Assembly: GCA_977018835.1 (NCBI GenBank)
Contig: OZ361258.1
Location: 3,534,001 to 3,598,000, forward strand
Direction of reading: 5' to 3'
DNA from: Minutocellus sp. GHC0000111
Taxonomy: Eukaryota
DNA: 64,000 bases
In this document: positions 50,241-62,164 of the stretch, piece after piece
Position numbering within the stretch: the first letter of the stretch is position 1
How the letters are laid out: the number at the start of each line of letters is the position of its first letter
Position numbers and translations under genes: made by a program
Notes under the pieces: generated by a model
The model's database searches: none
Told to the model about the DNA's origin: nothing
What the model saw: only the letters and a program-made list of their open reading frames with translations

Positions 50241-52988
50241 AAATATTGCTCAAGATTGGTGAAAGTTATCTTAACGTGGCTTTAGCAAGGATTGCACTGT
50301 ACATAAAGAGAGCGCGAGGAGTAGACATTGGACTTAAGAAGCTTACATAAATCGATCTCATTTTTATCGTTCAAGCCATTACTACTTTGGGGTGCGGGCA
50401 GAGCGAATCCCTGAACGCATTTTGGACCATGCGTTCTCTCTTACTTCTCACAACGGCAAAGAAGACTTCTCCCTACCACATATATCGTCGACGTATGCTT
50501 AGGGGCGCCTCTTGATACCCTTTCAATGCAGTGTTTGTGATTCCTTGCACTAAGTCTCTGCATCTATAGAATAATTTAGAGCTTTTCTATGCAATCCTCA
50601 CGTCGCACCACACGGAATGGGGTGGTATAGCCATCAGATGACGAAGACTGGGCCAAGCCCCACGCGACTCCGCTTCATGAATTTGTATCATACCATAGTG
50701 AGGCTGTGGTGATGTGCTAAATCAGCTATTGTATAGTGTTTGCCTGATCTATCCTCATGACCACGAAGAACCCACCTCCAAAAAAAATTTTGACCATCGA
50801 CCTTCACCAGCATTCATGTGAGCCCCGAGCACAGAAGAATAACAGCAAACCTACGAAACGCTTCGGTAAATCGTCCTGTTATATCAACACTGAGAAAAGA
50901 TGATAAAGTACAGCGGCTATTACGCACAGATCTTCCCATTCTAACCGCATATCGGTCAAAAGTCCTCACCAAATGGAAAAGAATGGAAAATTTGCTGACT
51001 GATTTGGATCGAATGCTCCTCAAGTCAACACCAAACACGTCGCACTGGCATATCAATCAATACCTGCTATCATCATATGCTGTTCGATGTGCTTTCCATG
51101 CATGCTTTGCCATTTCTCGTCAATCAGTAGCGGAACTAATGGTCTGTCGGAGGGCAACGGAAAAGTGCGTCATCCACCACCACGAAACAGTGGGATTGCT
51201 CCCGAAGCAACACCACATGGCAAAACCTCGCGGAATTTTCCATCAATCACTTGTCTACTAACATTTCCAAGAAGTCATGGTGTGCTGTGTCGCCCATTGG
51301 CCGTTCACGTACTCATTTTAACCCCATCTCCTCTTCTCAGTCGTCCTAAAAATCTGGCTATCGCCCTACAAAATCCAATCATATCCCCGCCAAACAAGTA
51401 AGAAATGCACAAACCCTGCGAAACTTATCTTCAAAGTCCCACCTTCTATCATAGGGGCGTGACGAAGATAAAGTACCGGGGCTATTACACAGTTTTGGCC
51501 CGATTCTACCGCATAACTGCCGATTTTACCGCTCTTACCGGAAAATGAGAAATATTTCCAGCTGCTCCAGGCCATCTCCCTCCTCATTTCACCAAGTGGA
51601 TTGTATCGCGACCACAAAACAAGACCAGGACTATTATAACGTGTTGATTGATGTGTGCTGGGTATATGAAATAAGCTTCCTCGTCGATTCGTAGTGGTAT
51701 CGGTATTGTGGGTGGCCGATCAAGAAAATCGCGTCAACGACCTCCACAAAGACCAATTGCGCCACCAAAGTACCAAGAACCGCAGGAAACCCGCGAAACT
51801 TTTCATCGATGGACCGCCTCATACCATAGCTAAAGGGATATAACATGTCACAACACCCATTGCCGAGCTATGTACTCAACCTTACCCGATTTCGGTATTT
51901 TTGGCAGCTCTGGGCTCAGATGTTGAGACTTTTCGAGATGAAGTGGACCCTTATACGCGACGAGTGTCGACCCAAACCCCCGCAGCACACTTTGGCTCAT
52001 CAATGTGAGTGTATGACATTCGATTGAAGCTGTTTCGGCCAAATAGTTGGTGCACCTTGTTGCCGACAGAAGGACTGTTATACCAAGAGCACCTTATCCC
52101 GCAGAATTGTTATGGCTCAACATAATTGATAGTGTGTCTAAGTGGAAGCGATCCCCGTTCATGCCACCCGCTCCAATAAGACCAAATCCATTCTTCATCA
52201 TATGCACTGGCGAAATCGAGCAAAATTGAACAGCATTTGGTCGCAGGAGCAGTTTTGATGCACGCCATCTCATTACACCACCCTCCTTAAATTGATCAAA
52301 TGAAACGAAAAAGTTGCTACGTGTGACCAAACAGTTATCTTACGGGCACCCAGACCGTCGTAGCAGTACCTCAATCGCCCTTTCATACTAGTAGTGAGAA
52401 AATATCCAAAATTGTGCAGATGAATGCATCGGCTTGGTCATCAACTTAGGCCGGGGCTACGGTTGAGAAGGCACGGAAGAACAAATCAGGCGCCGAATCT
52501 GGGGCAGATATCACCATTTCTTGGTCATTTTCACGGCGAAACTCGACATCTCAAGGTCACCAACGCCCAACAAATCTATCAGACGAATCTTCAAGAGGTC
52601 GGCCGCAACCTATCTCATGTTTGATGCTCCGTTCGCCTTCATTTTCTGTACAATTGTAGCCGTCGTGGATGGCGGGATTTTGTACCTAGAGAGTAGGTCG
52701 GGCATTTTCATCGTTCGTTTTTGCTACTTTTTGGGGTGCAAGTCCCATGCGAACATCTGCACAGCAAATTCGCACATACCATGAGGTGGTCCTGAGGTTT
52801 GGGCTGCGTTGGAGGGCTGGGAAGGACGTTCTTCGTCATCTTGTCGCGCAAAAGGGACGGCTGACGGAATGGGTTATGAGCCGTCCTGGAAACGACAGAA
52901 ACCAACAATAAGGTTATTGGTTGAAGAGAAAGAGCGAGGCGGCATGGCAGGCGTGCTCATTTTTCAGAGCAGCAATGCAGTTTGAACC

Positions 52989-54317
52989 ATGATGACGAAG
53001 ACCGTCAAGACCAGCAGCTCCAGGATGGCACCATCGAACGAAGATGGGCCTGCCCCAAAGCGTTCCAAGAGGGTCGATTCTCCTCGTGATGGGCAGGGGA
53101 AATGTCCAACTGCTGAATCATCATGTCCCTCTTGGGCCGACTTGCGCCCGGAACTTGTGAGCCACGTGGCACGGTTTGTGTCCCCAGATGCTGCCGACAT
53201 GATGAACTTCCTGTTTTGCGTTGGGCCTAAGGTAGCTGCAATAGTGAGAACTACTTATCTATCAGGAAACGACGACTATCTTCGAGAGTGTCTGATGAAA
53301 CTTGCGCCCTATTCAATTCGTGGCAGTGGCAAGAGAAGAACTCGTATTCTCACTTGGATGGAACACAACGATTGGAAGGAACGTTGCGTGCTCAGCGAAA
53401 AACAGATATTCAACGTTAGTTTCGAGAAGAAGTTGCTATCCGAATTTCTCTTTGACGACCTTACAGGTACTGGCTTGGTGTGTGTCTGTCCGTCTATCAA
53501 AGTGAGCCAAGAAATTATGTTTCATCTGCAGCTATTCGAAAATTTATCCTTATGGGAGGCTTATTTTGATTATCACCGTGCCGCGGAAGGCATTCCTGTA
53601 ATTCTGGGCGTTGGTGATAAAAAAATAGCATATGGCACATCTGCGGAGCAAGTTCGGGCAGTCTTAAACGAAGCGACCCCAGATAGAGATGGAAAAATCG
53701 GTTTGAAGATCGGAAGATACATCGATGTTGCCTTCTCCTACCTCCGTGTGTTCATCGGCCTTGGCCTTGACAGTGTGCTCAAACACCACCTCGATGAAGG
53801 CATCCTCCAACCTAATAGTACCGTCGAAGGCTCGCCACTTATTGAGGGCAAGGATGACATGCCCCTGCTATGGCAGGCCATGCAAGATCCGGGTGGATTT
53901 TGCTTCAGGCATCTTCTCAGCGTGTCCGATGTTCATGTTACTGGTCGAAATGATGATGCTGCGACTGATGGGTTGCACTTAATCCACGTTGCCGCGGGAT
54001 ATTTGGAAGCGAACTGGATTCGTGATCACCTTGAATCGCTGTTAGATCACCCGCTTGTTGATCCGAACGCTGTAAGCGACAACGGTCTTACCGCACTTCA
54101 CTGCATCTGTTTCAGTAGGAGCCTTGCCCACGAAGAAAAGCTCGCCAGGATCAGGCTCTTCCTGGAAAGAGGTGCTGACCCATCCATCGAGGGCGACGAT
54201 GGACACACAGTCACAGACGATATTCGAGATATGATGCGAAGTGTTGAATTTACCGCATTGGACAGGATACAACTTAAGGAGCTGATAGATGCACTCAATA
54301 CCAACAAAGGAGGTTGA
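52989..54317 (+). CDS. Ankyrin-repeat protein with an F-box-like N-terminal motif
   Basis: WADLRPELVSHVARF; DPNAVSDNGLTALH and LFLERGADPSIEGDDGHT ankyrin repeats. Confidence 0.75.
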   Translation: MMTKTVKTSSSRMAPSNEDGPAPKRSKRVDSPRDGQGKCPTAESSCPSWADLRPELVSHVARFVSPDAADMMNFLFCVGPKVAAIVRTTYLSGNDDYLRECLMKLAPYSIRGSGKRRTRILTWMEHNDWKERCVLSEKQIFNVSFEKKLLSEFLFDDLTGTGLVCVCPSIKVSQEIMFHLQLFENLSLWEAYFDYHRAAEGIPVILGVGDKKIAYGTSAEQVRAVLNEATPDRDGKIGLKIGRYIDVAFSYLRVFIGLGLDSVLKHHLDEGILQPNSTVEGSPLIEGKDDMPLLWQAMQDPGGFCFRHLLSVSDVHVTGRNDDAATDGLHLIHVAAGYLEANWIRDHLESLLDHPLVDPNAVSDNGLTALHCICFSRSLAHEEKLARIRLFLERGADPSIEGDDGHTVTDDIRDMMRSVEFTALDRIQLKELIDALNTNKGG

Positions 54318-54448
54318 AGGCAGTCTCTGTCGAGAAATCTTAGTACGGGCGAAATAGGAGCATACTAGGAGTAATATTCTGGAGATAATTAGGAAATGAA
54401 AATTTATGTAATTTAATTTCATGTACTTTGTAATCAATTGTTAACTCC

Positions 54449-55350
54449 TCATTCAGGTAGAAGGTGTGCATCTCTTTGTTTCTTTGCCTCCGCACGCTCT
54501 TCAGTATATTCCTCCCTCTGCGCAGAACGCACAGCCTCCACCGCCTTGTTGTATTCCTCCTCGCTGATATTTCCCTCCTCACGTAGTTCCTCCATGCTCT
54601 CCAATGACAGTTGGTATCCTGCAGCAGTCGATATCTTGAGGTGTCGGATGGCGTCGTCAATTCTACCAGCCTCGTAATCGAGGACGGCTAGGTTGTGTCT
54701 CGCTTGTGCCAACCCACCCTTGGCTGCCTGGATTAGGAGAGACCGTGCCTTGTCAGCGTTAGATTGGACACCACAAAGACCCAGGAGGTAGCAGAGGAAC
54801 AAATCGGAGCATGCCTCGGCCGACCCTAGCTCGGCAGCCTGGTGCAGGAACGAGACTGCCTTGTGTTCGTCTTTCGGAAGTCCGTGCAGACCTTCTCGGA
54901 CGTATCCAGCCATGTTGAAGTAGGCGTGAGGATCTTGCAAGTCCATTCTCTTTTGGAGCACGGAAACGATTTCCTCGTCGGTGGTGGGCAGCGCTCGACG
55001 ACAGAATGGGCATGGGTAGGACTCCTTCGTTAGGCATTGCTGTAGGACGGGATGGACGGATGTCGTTGGCTCATCCGTATTGTGCTTCTCACCAAGCTTG
55101 TCCATCTCCTTTTTCAGCATGCACTTGTTGGCGTGCGGACAACCGTTGCATACCGTCTTGCCACAACACGACAAATACACCGTGTCGCCATTGTCAATAG
55201 GGAGCCGCACCAAGCATATGGGACAGTCTTCCTTCTTTTTGGAAGTAAAAATGTCGTCCTCTACTTTGGATTCACGTGCCCATGCTTTTTGCTCTTATCG
55301 GTGTGCTTGCCATCGGTGGCTTGCATATTCTTGGTCTGGACTTGGGCCAT
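54449..55350 (-). CDS. RING-like zinc finger + Sel1-repeat protein; apparent 1-bp frameshift at 55265-55267
   Basis: EDCPICL, CCGKTVCNGC and CPFCR; Sel1 repeats (AAELGSAEA, ARHNLA); adding one A joins MAQVQ...NPK to VEDDIF. Confidence 0.8.
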
Positions 55351-55691
55351 CTTGTTGGCTTTGTGCCTGACTATTGGTGCTGACTTCTCGAATGCATTCT
55401 TTCTCGGCAAGATCGTCACTGATTTGGCGCACGAGGAATTCCATGCCAGCCAAGCCGAGATCGAATCGCGCAAAGAGCCTCGCAGAGGCTCTTGGTGTCC
55501 GCCTGCCAGGTCTCGATACATTTTATAAAAATATTTCTCATGTTTGACCCCCCATACTCAATCATCTGTTTTTATCATCAGGTACAATACCCCAATAAGA
55601 GCAAAAAGCCCCTGATCATCTGGCTATTCATGAGGAAAGGATGCAACTCGATCTGGCTGTTTTGTGATAAAGCGCATCTCATACAACGCGT

Positions 55692-55726
55692 ACGTCATTC
55701 ATCTACACGGACCTGCTCACACGTCA
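55692..55726 (-). promoter_or_regulatory. Two TGACGT (CCRE-like) motifs 110-145 bp upstream of the iota-CA ATG
   Basis: ACGTCA on + at 55692-55697 and 55721-55726; fits known CO2/cAMP-responsive elements of diatom CCM genes. Confidence 0.55.
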
Positions 55727-55836
55727 TCGCATTTGTCATTGTTCTTCCTGCTTCTTCATTCTTCCTTCTTCTTCACGTGCATTCCTCGCATTGCCTGCTA
55801 CGTACAGTAGAACAACAGCACAATTAATCATCAACC

Positions 55837-57581
55837 ATGAAGTTCACCCGCAATGCCCTCCTTGTAGCGGCGGCCGTTGGCCGTTTCCAGTCGGCTAGCG
55901 CCTTTGCCCCTGCCCCTATGGTGACCACTGCCGATCGCACCATGAGTTCCTTCACCGAGCTCGAGATGGCCAACGGCACCAAGCGCCGGGCCGCCGCCAA
56001 GGTCGCCAAGAAGGTGGCCGGTGCTGTCGGTGGCATCGCTCTGGCCACGGCAGGCCTGCCTCCCGCTGCCCGGGCCGCCGAGACCGCCGTCGAGTCCGTC
56101 AAGGGCGCCCGCAACGTCGTTACTCTCGGCGCCGGTGCCTTTGCCGCTGGCATCGTCACCAACAAGCTCTTCGTCAACGAGCAGAAGAAGGCTTCGACCA
56201 AGTCCACGGCCGGTGCGGATATCACCGAAAGTGAGGTCCGGGCCTTGTTTTCCCTCTGGAACAATGCTCTGGCCACCGGTGATTCGCGCATCGTTGCCAG
56301 CCGATATGCCAAGAACCCAGTGCTTCTTCCCACCGTCAGCGATGTTCCCAGAACCGACTTTGCCGGCCTCAAGGATTACTTTGATGGATTCCTCCAGAAG
56401 CAGCCCCAGGGCAAGATCCTGAGCGGTGATATCCGCATCGGAGACGGCTGGTGCCAGGACGCTGGTATCTACGAGGTGAGACCATATATAGTGCATTCTT
56501 CTATTGTTGTCAGAGCATGTGCGCCTATATGTTGATATATGTTTTATATTGGAAAAAGCTTTTCCTTACACATTTCCTGCTACATATTATCCATAACGCT
56601 TGCTGCATGTTCACTACATTCGATATTACCCCCACAACCATTGTTCAGTTCACCATGGGTGCCACCGGAGACGTTGTCAAGGCCCGCTACTCCTACGTTT
56701 ACGTTTACGAGGGTGGCCAGTGGAAGATCGCCCATCACCACTCCTCCGTCATGCCCGAGGGCATCGACATTGCCCAGCCCATCACAGAGCCCGAAGTCCG
56801 CGGTCTGTTCCATCTCTGGAACGACGCCCTCGCCACCCTCGACCCCGATGCTGTCGCCAAGCGCTACGCCAAGGAGGGAGTCCTTCTCCCCACAGTATCG
56901 GATGTTCCCAGGACCGACTACGCTTCGATCAAGGATTATTTCGTCAACTTTCTGCAGAAGAAGCCTCAGGGCATCATCCTCGAGTCCAACGTCATGATCG
57001 GTACCAACTGGTGTCAGGATGCCGGCATCTACGAGTTCGATCTGCTCGGCGACAAGGTCAAGGCCCGGTATTCCTTCATCTACAAGTACGAAGATGGAGA
57101 GTGGAAGATCGCTCATCATCACAGTTCCGTCATGCCCGAGGCTCAGCTTGCCGGTGGTACCGTGATTGGCGATGCCGAAGTTCGCGGTCTCTTCTCGCTT
57201 TGGAACGATGCCCTTGCCACCCTCGACCCTGATACTGTTGCCAAGCGCTACTCCAAGAAGCCCTGCCTCTTGCCCACCGTCAGCGACACGCCGCGGGACG
57301 ATTACGACAAGATCCGAGCCTACTTTGTCGACTTCCTCCAGAAGAAGCCGCAGGGCAAGATCCTCGAGAGCTGGGTCACCAGCGGCCCCGATTGGTGCAT
57401 GGACGACGGCATCTACGAGTTCACAATGGGCGCCACCGGGGACGTCGTCAAGGCTCGTTATTCGTTCGTTTACACTCTCAAGGATGGAGAGTGGAAGATT
57501 GCCCACCACCACAGTTCTCAGATGCCCGAAGAGATTGTCCCCAAGGCCATGCTGGAGGAGGCTCAGAAGGCTATGGCCTAA
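55837..57581 (+). CDS. LCIP63: Iota-class carbonic anhydrase (LCIP63-like, three COG4875/CaMKII-association-like domains), plastid-targeted; intron 56476-56648
   Basis: Exact ASAFAP motif; three repeats of LWNxAL.T...LLPTVSD.PR...YF..FL.K.PQG...G.YEF...ARYS..Y...WKIAHHHSS.MPE. Confidence 0.9.
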
Positions 57582-58002
57582 TCCTGTACATGCATGCTCT
57601 TTGGCCCCTGGCGCGTCGATATGCACAATAATATAGTAAGGATAAGCGCAATTTGCAGTGGTAGTAGCGTACTTCTGTCGAACGAACAAGAATATCTTTT
57701 TGCATCGGTATTTTGTACTTCTATCTTTATCGGCAACTGCCAGCCGTTCATTCCTTCCGCGGTATCCACATTGACACAACTTCACCCTCTGCACTTCCAA
57801 TTCGAAGCGCAATCCTTCTACCAAGAGGGATCGTCCCGAGATAGCAACGGCCGAGCGCGTTTCCTTTCCGAGCTTCTTTTAAACGCGTTGTCAACGGTAT
57901 CTTCTTTTTCGACACATCTTGTGCAAGAAAACCAGAACTCGGATATCGGATAAATCCGCATCTTTCCAATGAATAATCTTCAACTCAACCAGGCAAGCAA
58001 AC

Positions 58003-59316
58003 ATGCCCAGCTTTATCCAAGCCGCACTGATCCTGGCCATCTCGGCTTTATCTACTGCCCAAGAATGGGAAGTCATTGATGATGTCAAGTTGCCCAAGGC
58101 CATGAGCGATAAACTGCCACTTCGCTCCCCTCGGGCGAAATTCTAATTGCCGGCGGCTGCGACGCCCCCAAGGGCAACACATTTATTGATGCCGAGGGTA
58201 ATCAGCTTGACTTCTTCATCTGCGAAAGCATCAGTGATGAGCTTTTTTCGTTCAATCCCGCCGATGGCACCTTCACGACGCTGGCAAAGCTTCCTAGGTA
58301 AGAATGAAATTAGTATTGATAGCACATGTGACTTCTAGTTCCGTAATTTCTACAGCCTGCAAACTCACATTACAATCCTTGCTTGTGATTCAATTTACAA
58401 CAGAGCTCGTTATCGCCATGCTGCAGTTTATGCCAGTGGCAAGCTTTGGCTTGTCGGAGGGCGCAACGTCCCAGAGGATGCCGTGATCGGCGAAGTGGAC
58501 GTTTACGACCCCGCCACCAACACTTGGTCGACCCCTGGCAGTATTCCCAACACTCGACTGACAAGCGACAATGGCGCCTTCACTAATGCCGACGAGTCTC
58601 TTGTTTACGTCGTTGGCGGTTACAATCCCTTCTATTCCAACCCTGATGCCCTCACCAATCTCTTCACGATTGATGTGGCCCGTGCTCTCGATGCTGATTC
58701 TCCATCGATTGTCATCGGTGATAAGCGTCCGCTCCAAACTCAGCGCGGTGATATTCATGCCGTCTCGGATGCCAAGGGCAAGAAGGCATATGTTACCGGT
58801 GGATTTTCCATGTACCCGTGCTCCCCACTCAAATCGGTCGAGGTGTATGACATTGAGACCGATACGTGGTCCTTCACCGGTGAGCTGCAGTCCGCCCGTG
58901 GCGACAAGGCCCTCGTCGAGTTGCAGGACAAGATCTATGCCGTCGGTGGTGAGACCAGTCACGAGGATCAGTGCTCGGAAATTCCCGAGGACGTCCCTCC
59001 ACTCAGTGCCCAGAGTGTAGCGGTGGATGATGTCGAAGTCCTTCACCCCAACAAGGGCAAGTGGACCGTCGCTGCGAGCATCCCCAACTTCCGCTTCCGT
59101 TTTTCGGCCGCATCGGACCCGGCGACTGGCAAGATTTACACCTTTGGTGGACAGGATGCCTTTGATGCTGATTGCAGCTGCTTCCCTACCAGTGACTCGG
59201 TTGTGGTGTATCAGGTTGGCTCCGGCAGTAGCAGCCCGGGTACATCGATCACTGGTACCGCGTCGATCGTTGTTGGTGCTTTGGTTGGTTTTGCTTTTGT
59301 CATCATGGGTATGTAA
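58003..59316 (+). CDS. Secreted or membrane-anchored kelch-repeat protein; intron 58298-58403; 1-bp frameshift at 58111-58113
   Basis: Signal peptide; GG...Y...W kelch repeats (IAGG, LVGG, VVGG, VTGG, AVGG, TFGG); C-terminal hydrophobic tail. Confidence 0.85.
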
Positions 59317-59449
59317 GGACGCCAGCTCAATGAAACATTCAAGAGTTTCGCATACGTAGATTTTAATATATTATGAACTTGGAACGCTTAAATTTAACAA
59401 CATTTGTACTTGAACATATACAAATGTAAAAAGGCAATCACTCGCTCGC

Positions 59450-62164
59450 TTACTGATATCCCGCTCTCACTGACCGCTTGGACTTTAGCAAGTATTTCTC
59501 TGCGTTCGGCGATTTTGGAAGTGTTGCAATGAAGGCCGCTGGTCCAAACAATCCATCGCCAGCTTGCTCAATGAAGTCAAATAGCTCGTGGGGGTTCTCC
59601 TTCTTAGCTTCGGGGGCTGCCACTTTTTCTTGCTCGGCGTCCTGTATCTTCTTGTATACCTGTGACACATCGCCGGCATACTTTCTTTCGATTTGGTCGG
59701 CTTTTTGGATAATGGCATCAGCTCTATCGAGAAGGGCCTGGGCGGACGACACTCGCCTAGGAGATCGGCAAGGAGAGGACGCCCGATCTCTACGACTCGG
59801 TGCAAGCCTTCGAGTAGGCGAAGAGGGCGGGGCCATGAAGAAAGACCTGCTGGTATTCCACACATCATTGGTTTGCACGTCGTTTCTAGTAGGGAAATCG
59901 ACGTTGCCAAAGGTCTCCCATCCAGATTCTCGAGGAAAGGTTGAGGTCTCCTTTGCAGCGAAGGTGTCGACCTCCTGATCGAAATTGTCGGCTTCGTCTT
60001 GAAATCTGGCGTCCCATCCGTCAGGTCCAGCATCGGAAGGAGGATCGGATAGGGTTGAACTGATGGGATCGCTAGTATCGGCAGGATGTGCTGTGAACGA
60101 AGCCTCATCCCATGAAGACCGAGGGATCGCGGGAGGAACAGAGGGCGTCGAGCTGACAGAGATATCCTCAGAGGTAGATTGTGCGCCAAACGAAGCTGCA
60201 TCCCAGGATGATTGGAGGGCAACAGGCGTCTCAGACGGTGTCGAACTGACGGTACTGACAGAACGGGCGCCGAAGGAGGCCTCATCCCACGATGATTGGA
60301 CGAAGCTTCTTTCGGACGAAGTAGAGCATGCTGTTTCAGTATCTGCTTCTTCCTCTTGGGGGTCGGGCTTGGTTTCAGCGGAGCTGTTGTTTCCCAAGCT
60401 TTCGGCCCAGGACGATCTTCTATGGATAATGGGAAGTTGGTGGTCAGTCTTCGGTGAGAAGATTTCTTGGTCGGTCTCAGTCTCAAATGCGTATGATACG
60501 CTCAAGGTTGGATCGGTGGTTGATTCTTCAACGCTCTTTTTGAAACTCTCGAGTTCCTTGGCCAGGTTGAGCTCTTCGTCTATTCCTCTTGGAGAGTCAT
60601 TATCAGTCAGTTCTATAGGTGCGATTCTCGGAGAGGAATCATTTTTGACGCCTTTGCTGGATTCATCTTCTTCATTGACGCGGGACGAGATATGATGATT
60701 GGTGTAGGTGTCATCAACAACAGATTCTTCGTCTGCGTCATTGTTCTGGTTGCTTTGGTTGTCTTGGGGCACAGGCTCAATCGGGATGTCGCTTGTATGG
60801 CTGGATTGGTCGTCTTGGGGTGACGAGGATACTGAGTCTGCTGTAGCATTCGGATCTGTATGATCTTGACTGGGGACGGATGCTTGATCATGGTCGGTAG
60901 TGACCGGTTGCACAGTGTCGTGGTTGGTAGACAGACAGCTGGCGGTAGAACATTCATCATCCTCGGGCTCCATGACAGAAGAGAGACAGATGGAGGTCTC
61001 CTCCAAGTCGTCCTCATCGTCCTCGTCACCGTTCTCCTCAACATGTTGGCTAAGGCCGGTGTTAGCTTCGCCTTCCACCTCCTCGGGCTCATCGGCCCTT
61101 TCCACGACGGGCACCACCAAAAGCTCGATGCCGGCACCCCCGCCCTTGAGTTCCTCGGGCAGTAGGACATCGGGTATAAGGCGCATCCGGTCTCTCAATT
61201 CGAGGAGATGGTCCTTCCACTGCTGAATGCATTCCTCGTCTCGAGGCGTGTGCTCGACCAACCTCCCACTTCCATTGTCCATCCGGCCAAAGGGTGCATC
61301 GACCCATGGTCGATATCGTACCAAGGCAAATCGGCAGTACTGTCCGTAGTCACGCCCACCCTCGTAGTTTGGATCGGACGAGTATTGAGGTTGGAACACG
61401 AGCTTCCTGGTAATGACGCCATTCTTGTGGTACTTGATCTTCCCGGCATGCCGACCTTTCTGCGGCACGGCGAACTTGCGGCAGAACTCCTTCAGGGACA
61501 TGCGCTGCATGTAGGATATGTTGGCGTCGTAGAGGCGGTGGTTGACCCAGTACGACGGGTTGAGCCGGCGGGCGTAGGCGTCGTAGACGTCGGGGATTCG
61601 GCGGTTGGGGGTGGTATCTGTGTTGGCGGGACTGTCATTCGGCTGGCGCTTGGGAGAAACCTCGCGCTCGTACTTTTTGTGGGCGTGGGCAATCTTTTCG
61701 TATTCCTGCTGCGATATAATGCCCTCCTCGTACAGTCGCTGGATCTCCTGGGAGGCTTCATGAGAAATGCCTTGTGCTTGGGCTTGCCCTCGCGTGGTTT
61801 CAGTAGTCGTATCATTCCGTGGTGTCTCCTCGTCCGTGCTTTTCGGGGGCAGTACCACTTCACATTTCAATGCAGGCAACTTCTCATCGAGCCATGCCTT
61901 GGCCTCCAAACACTCCTCCTCGGTCGGCCACGAACCCAATATGGCCTGGCCATTCCTCTCAACCTCCTTGCCGAGGAGGTACGACGCCTGGCCGAGATGC
62001 CCGCCGAATCCCAGTCTGCCGCCGGCTTCACCCGATGAGGAAGAGGAGTATGTGCGGCAAAAGGACCACCATTCGGGAGAAGTCGTCGGCGGAGTCGAGC
62101 GGAGCACAATTTGATACGGATACTGAGCCGCGTCGTTGGCGGCGCTGCATCTAGCGGTCGGCAT
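59450..62164 (-). CDS. Large, mostly disordered acidic protein containing a Helitron-like segment and SSWDxASF repeats
   Basis: Open frame of 904 aa; PQYSSDPN...YGQYCRFALVRYRPW; three SSWD[EA]ASF motifs. Confidence 0.75.
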   Translation of the reverse strand: MPTARCSAANDAAQYPYQIVLRSTPPTTSPEWWSFCRTYSSSSSGEAGGRLGFGGHLGQASYLLGKEVERNGQAILGSWPTEEECLEAKAWLDEKLPALKCEVVLPPKSTDEETPRNDTTTETTRGQAQAQGISHEASQEIQRLYEEGIISQQEYEKIAHAHKKYEREVSPKRQPNDSPANTDTTPNRRIPDVYDAYARRLNPSYWVNHRLYDANISYMQRMSLKEFCRKFAVPQKGRHAGKIKYHKNGVITRKLVFQPQYSSDPNYEGGRDYGQYCRFALVRYRPWVDAPFGRMDNGSGRLVEHTPRDEECIQQWKDHLLELRDRMRLIPDVLLPEELKGGGAGIELLVVPVVERADEPEEVEGEANTGLSQHVEENGDEDDEDDLEETSICLSSVMEPEDDECSTASCLSTNHDTVQPVTTDHDQASVPSQDHTDPNATADSVSSSPQDDQSSHTSDIPIEPVPQDNQSNQNNDADEESVVDDTYTNHHISSRVNEEDESSKGVKNDSSPRIAPIELTDNDSPRGIDEELNLAKELESFKKSVEESTTDPTLSVSYAFETETDQEIFSPKTDHQLPIIHRRSSWAESLGNNSSAETKPDPQEEEADTETACSTSSERSFVQSSWDEASFGARSVSTVSSTPSETPVALQSSWDAASFGAQSTSEDISVSSTPSVPPAIPRSSWDEASFTAHPADTSDPISSTLSDPPSDAGPDGWDARFQDEADNFDQEVDTFAAKETSTFPRESGWETFGNVDFPTRNDVQTNDVWNTSRSFFMAPPSSPTRRLAPSRRDRASSPCRSPRRVSSAQALLDRADAIIQKADQIERKYAGDVSQVYKKIQDAEQEKVAAPEAKKENPHELFDFIEQAGDGLFGPAAFIATLPKSPNAEKYLLKSKRSVRAGYQ

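Noticed and set aside
58293..58300. CCTAGGTA in the kelch gene as a third insertion
   Set aside because: Not preceded by TA and coincides with a normal exon/GT donor junction
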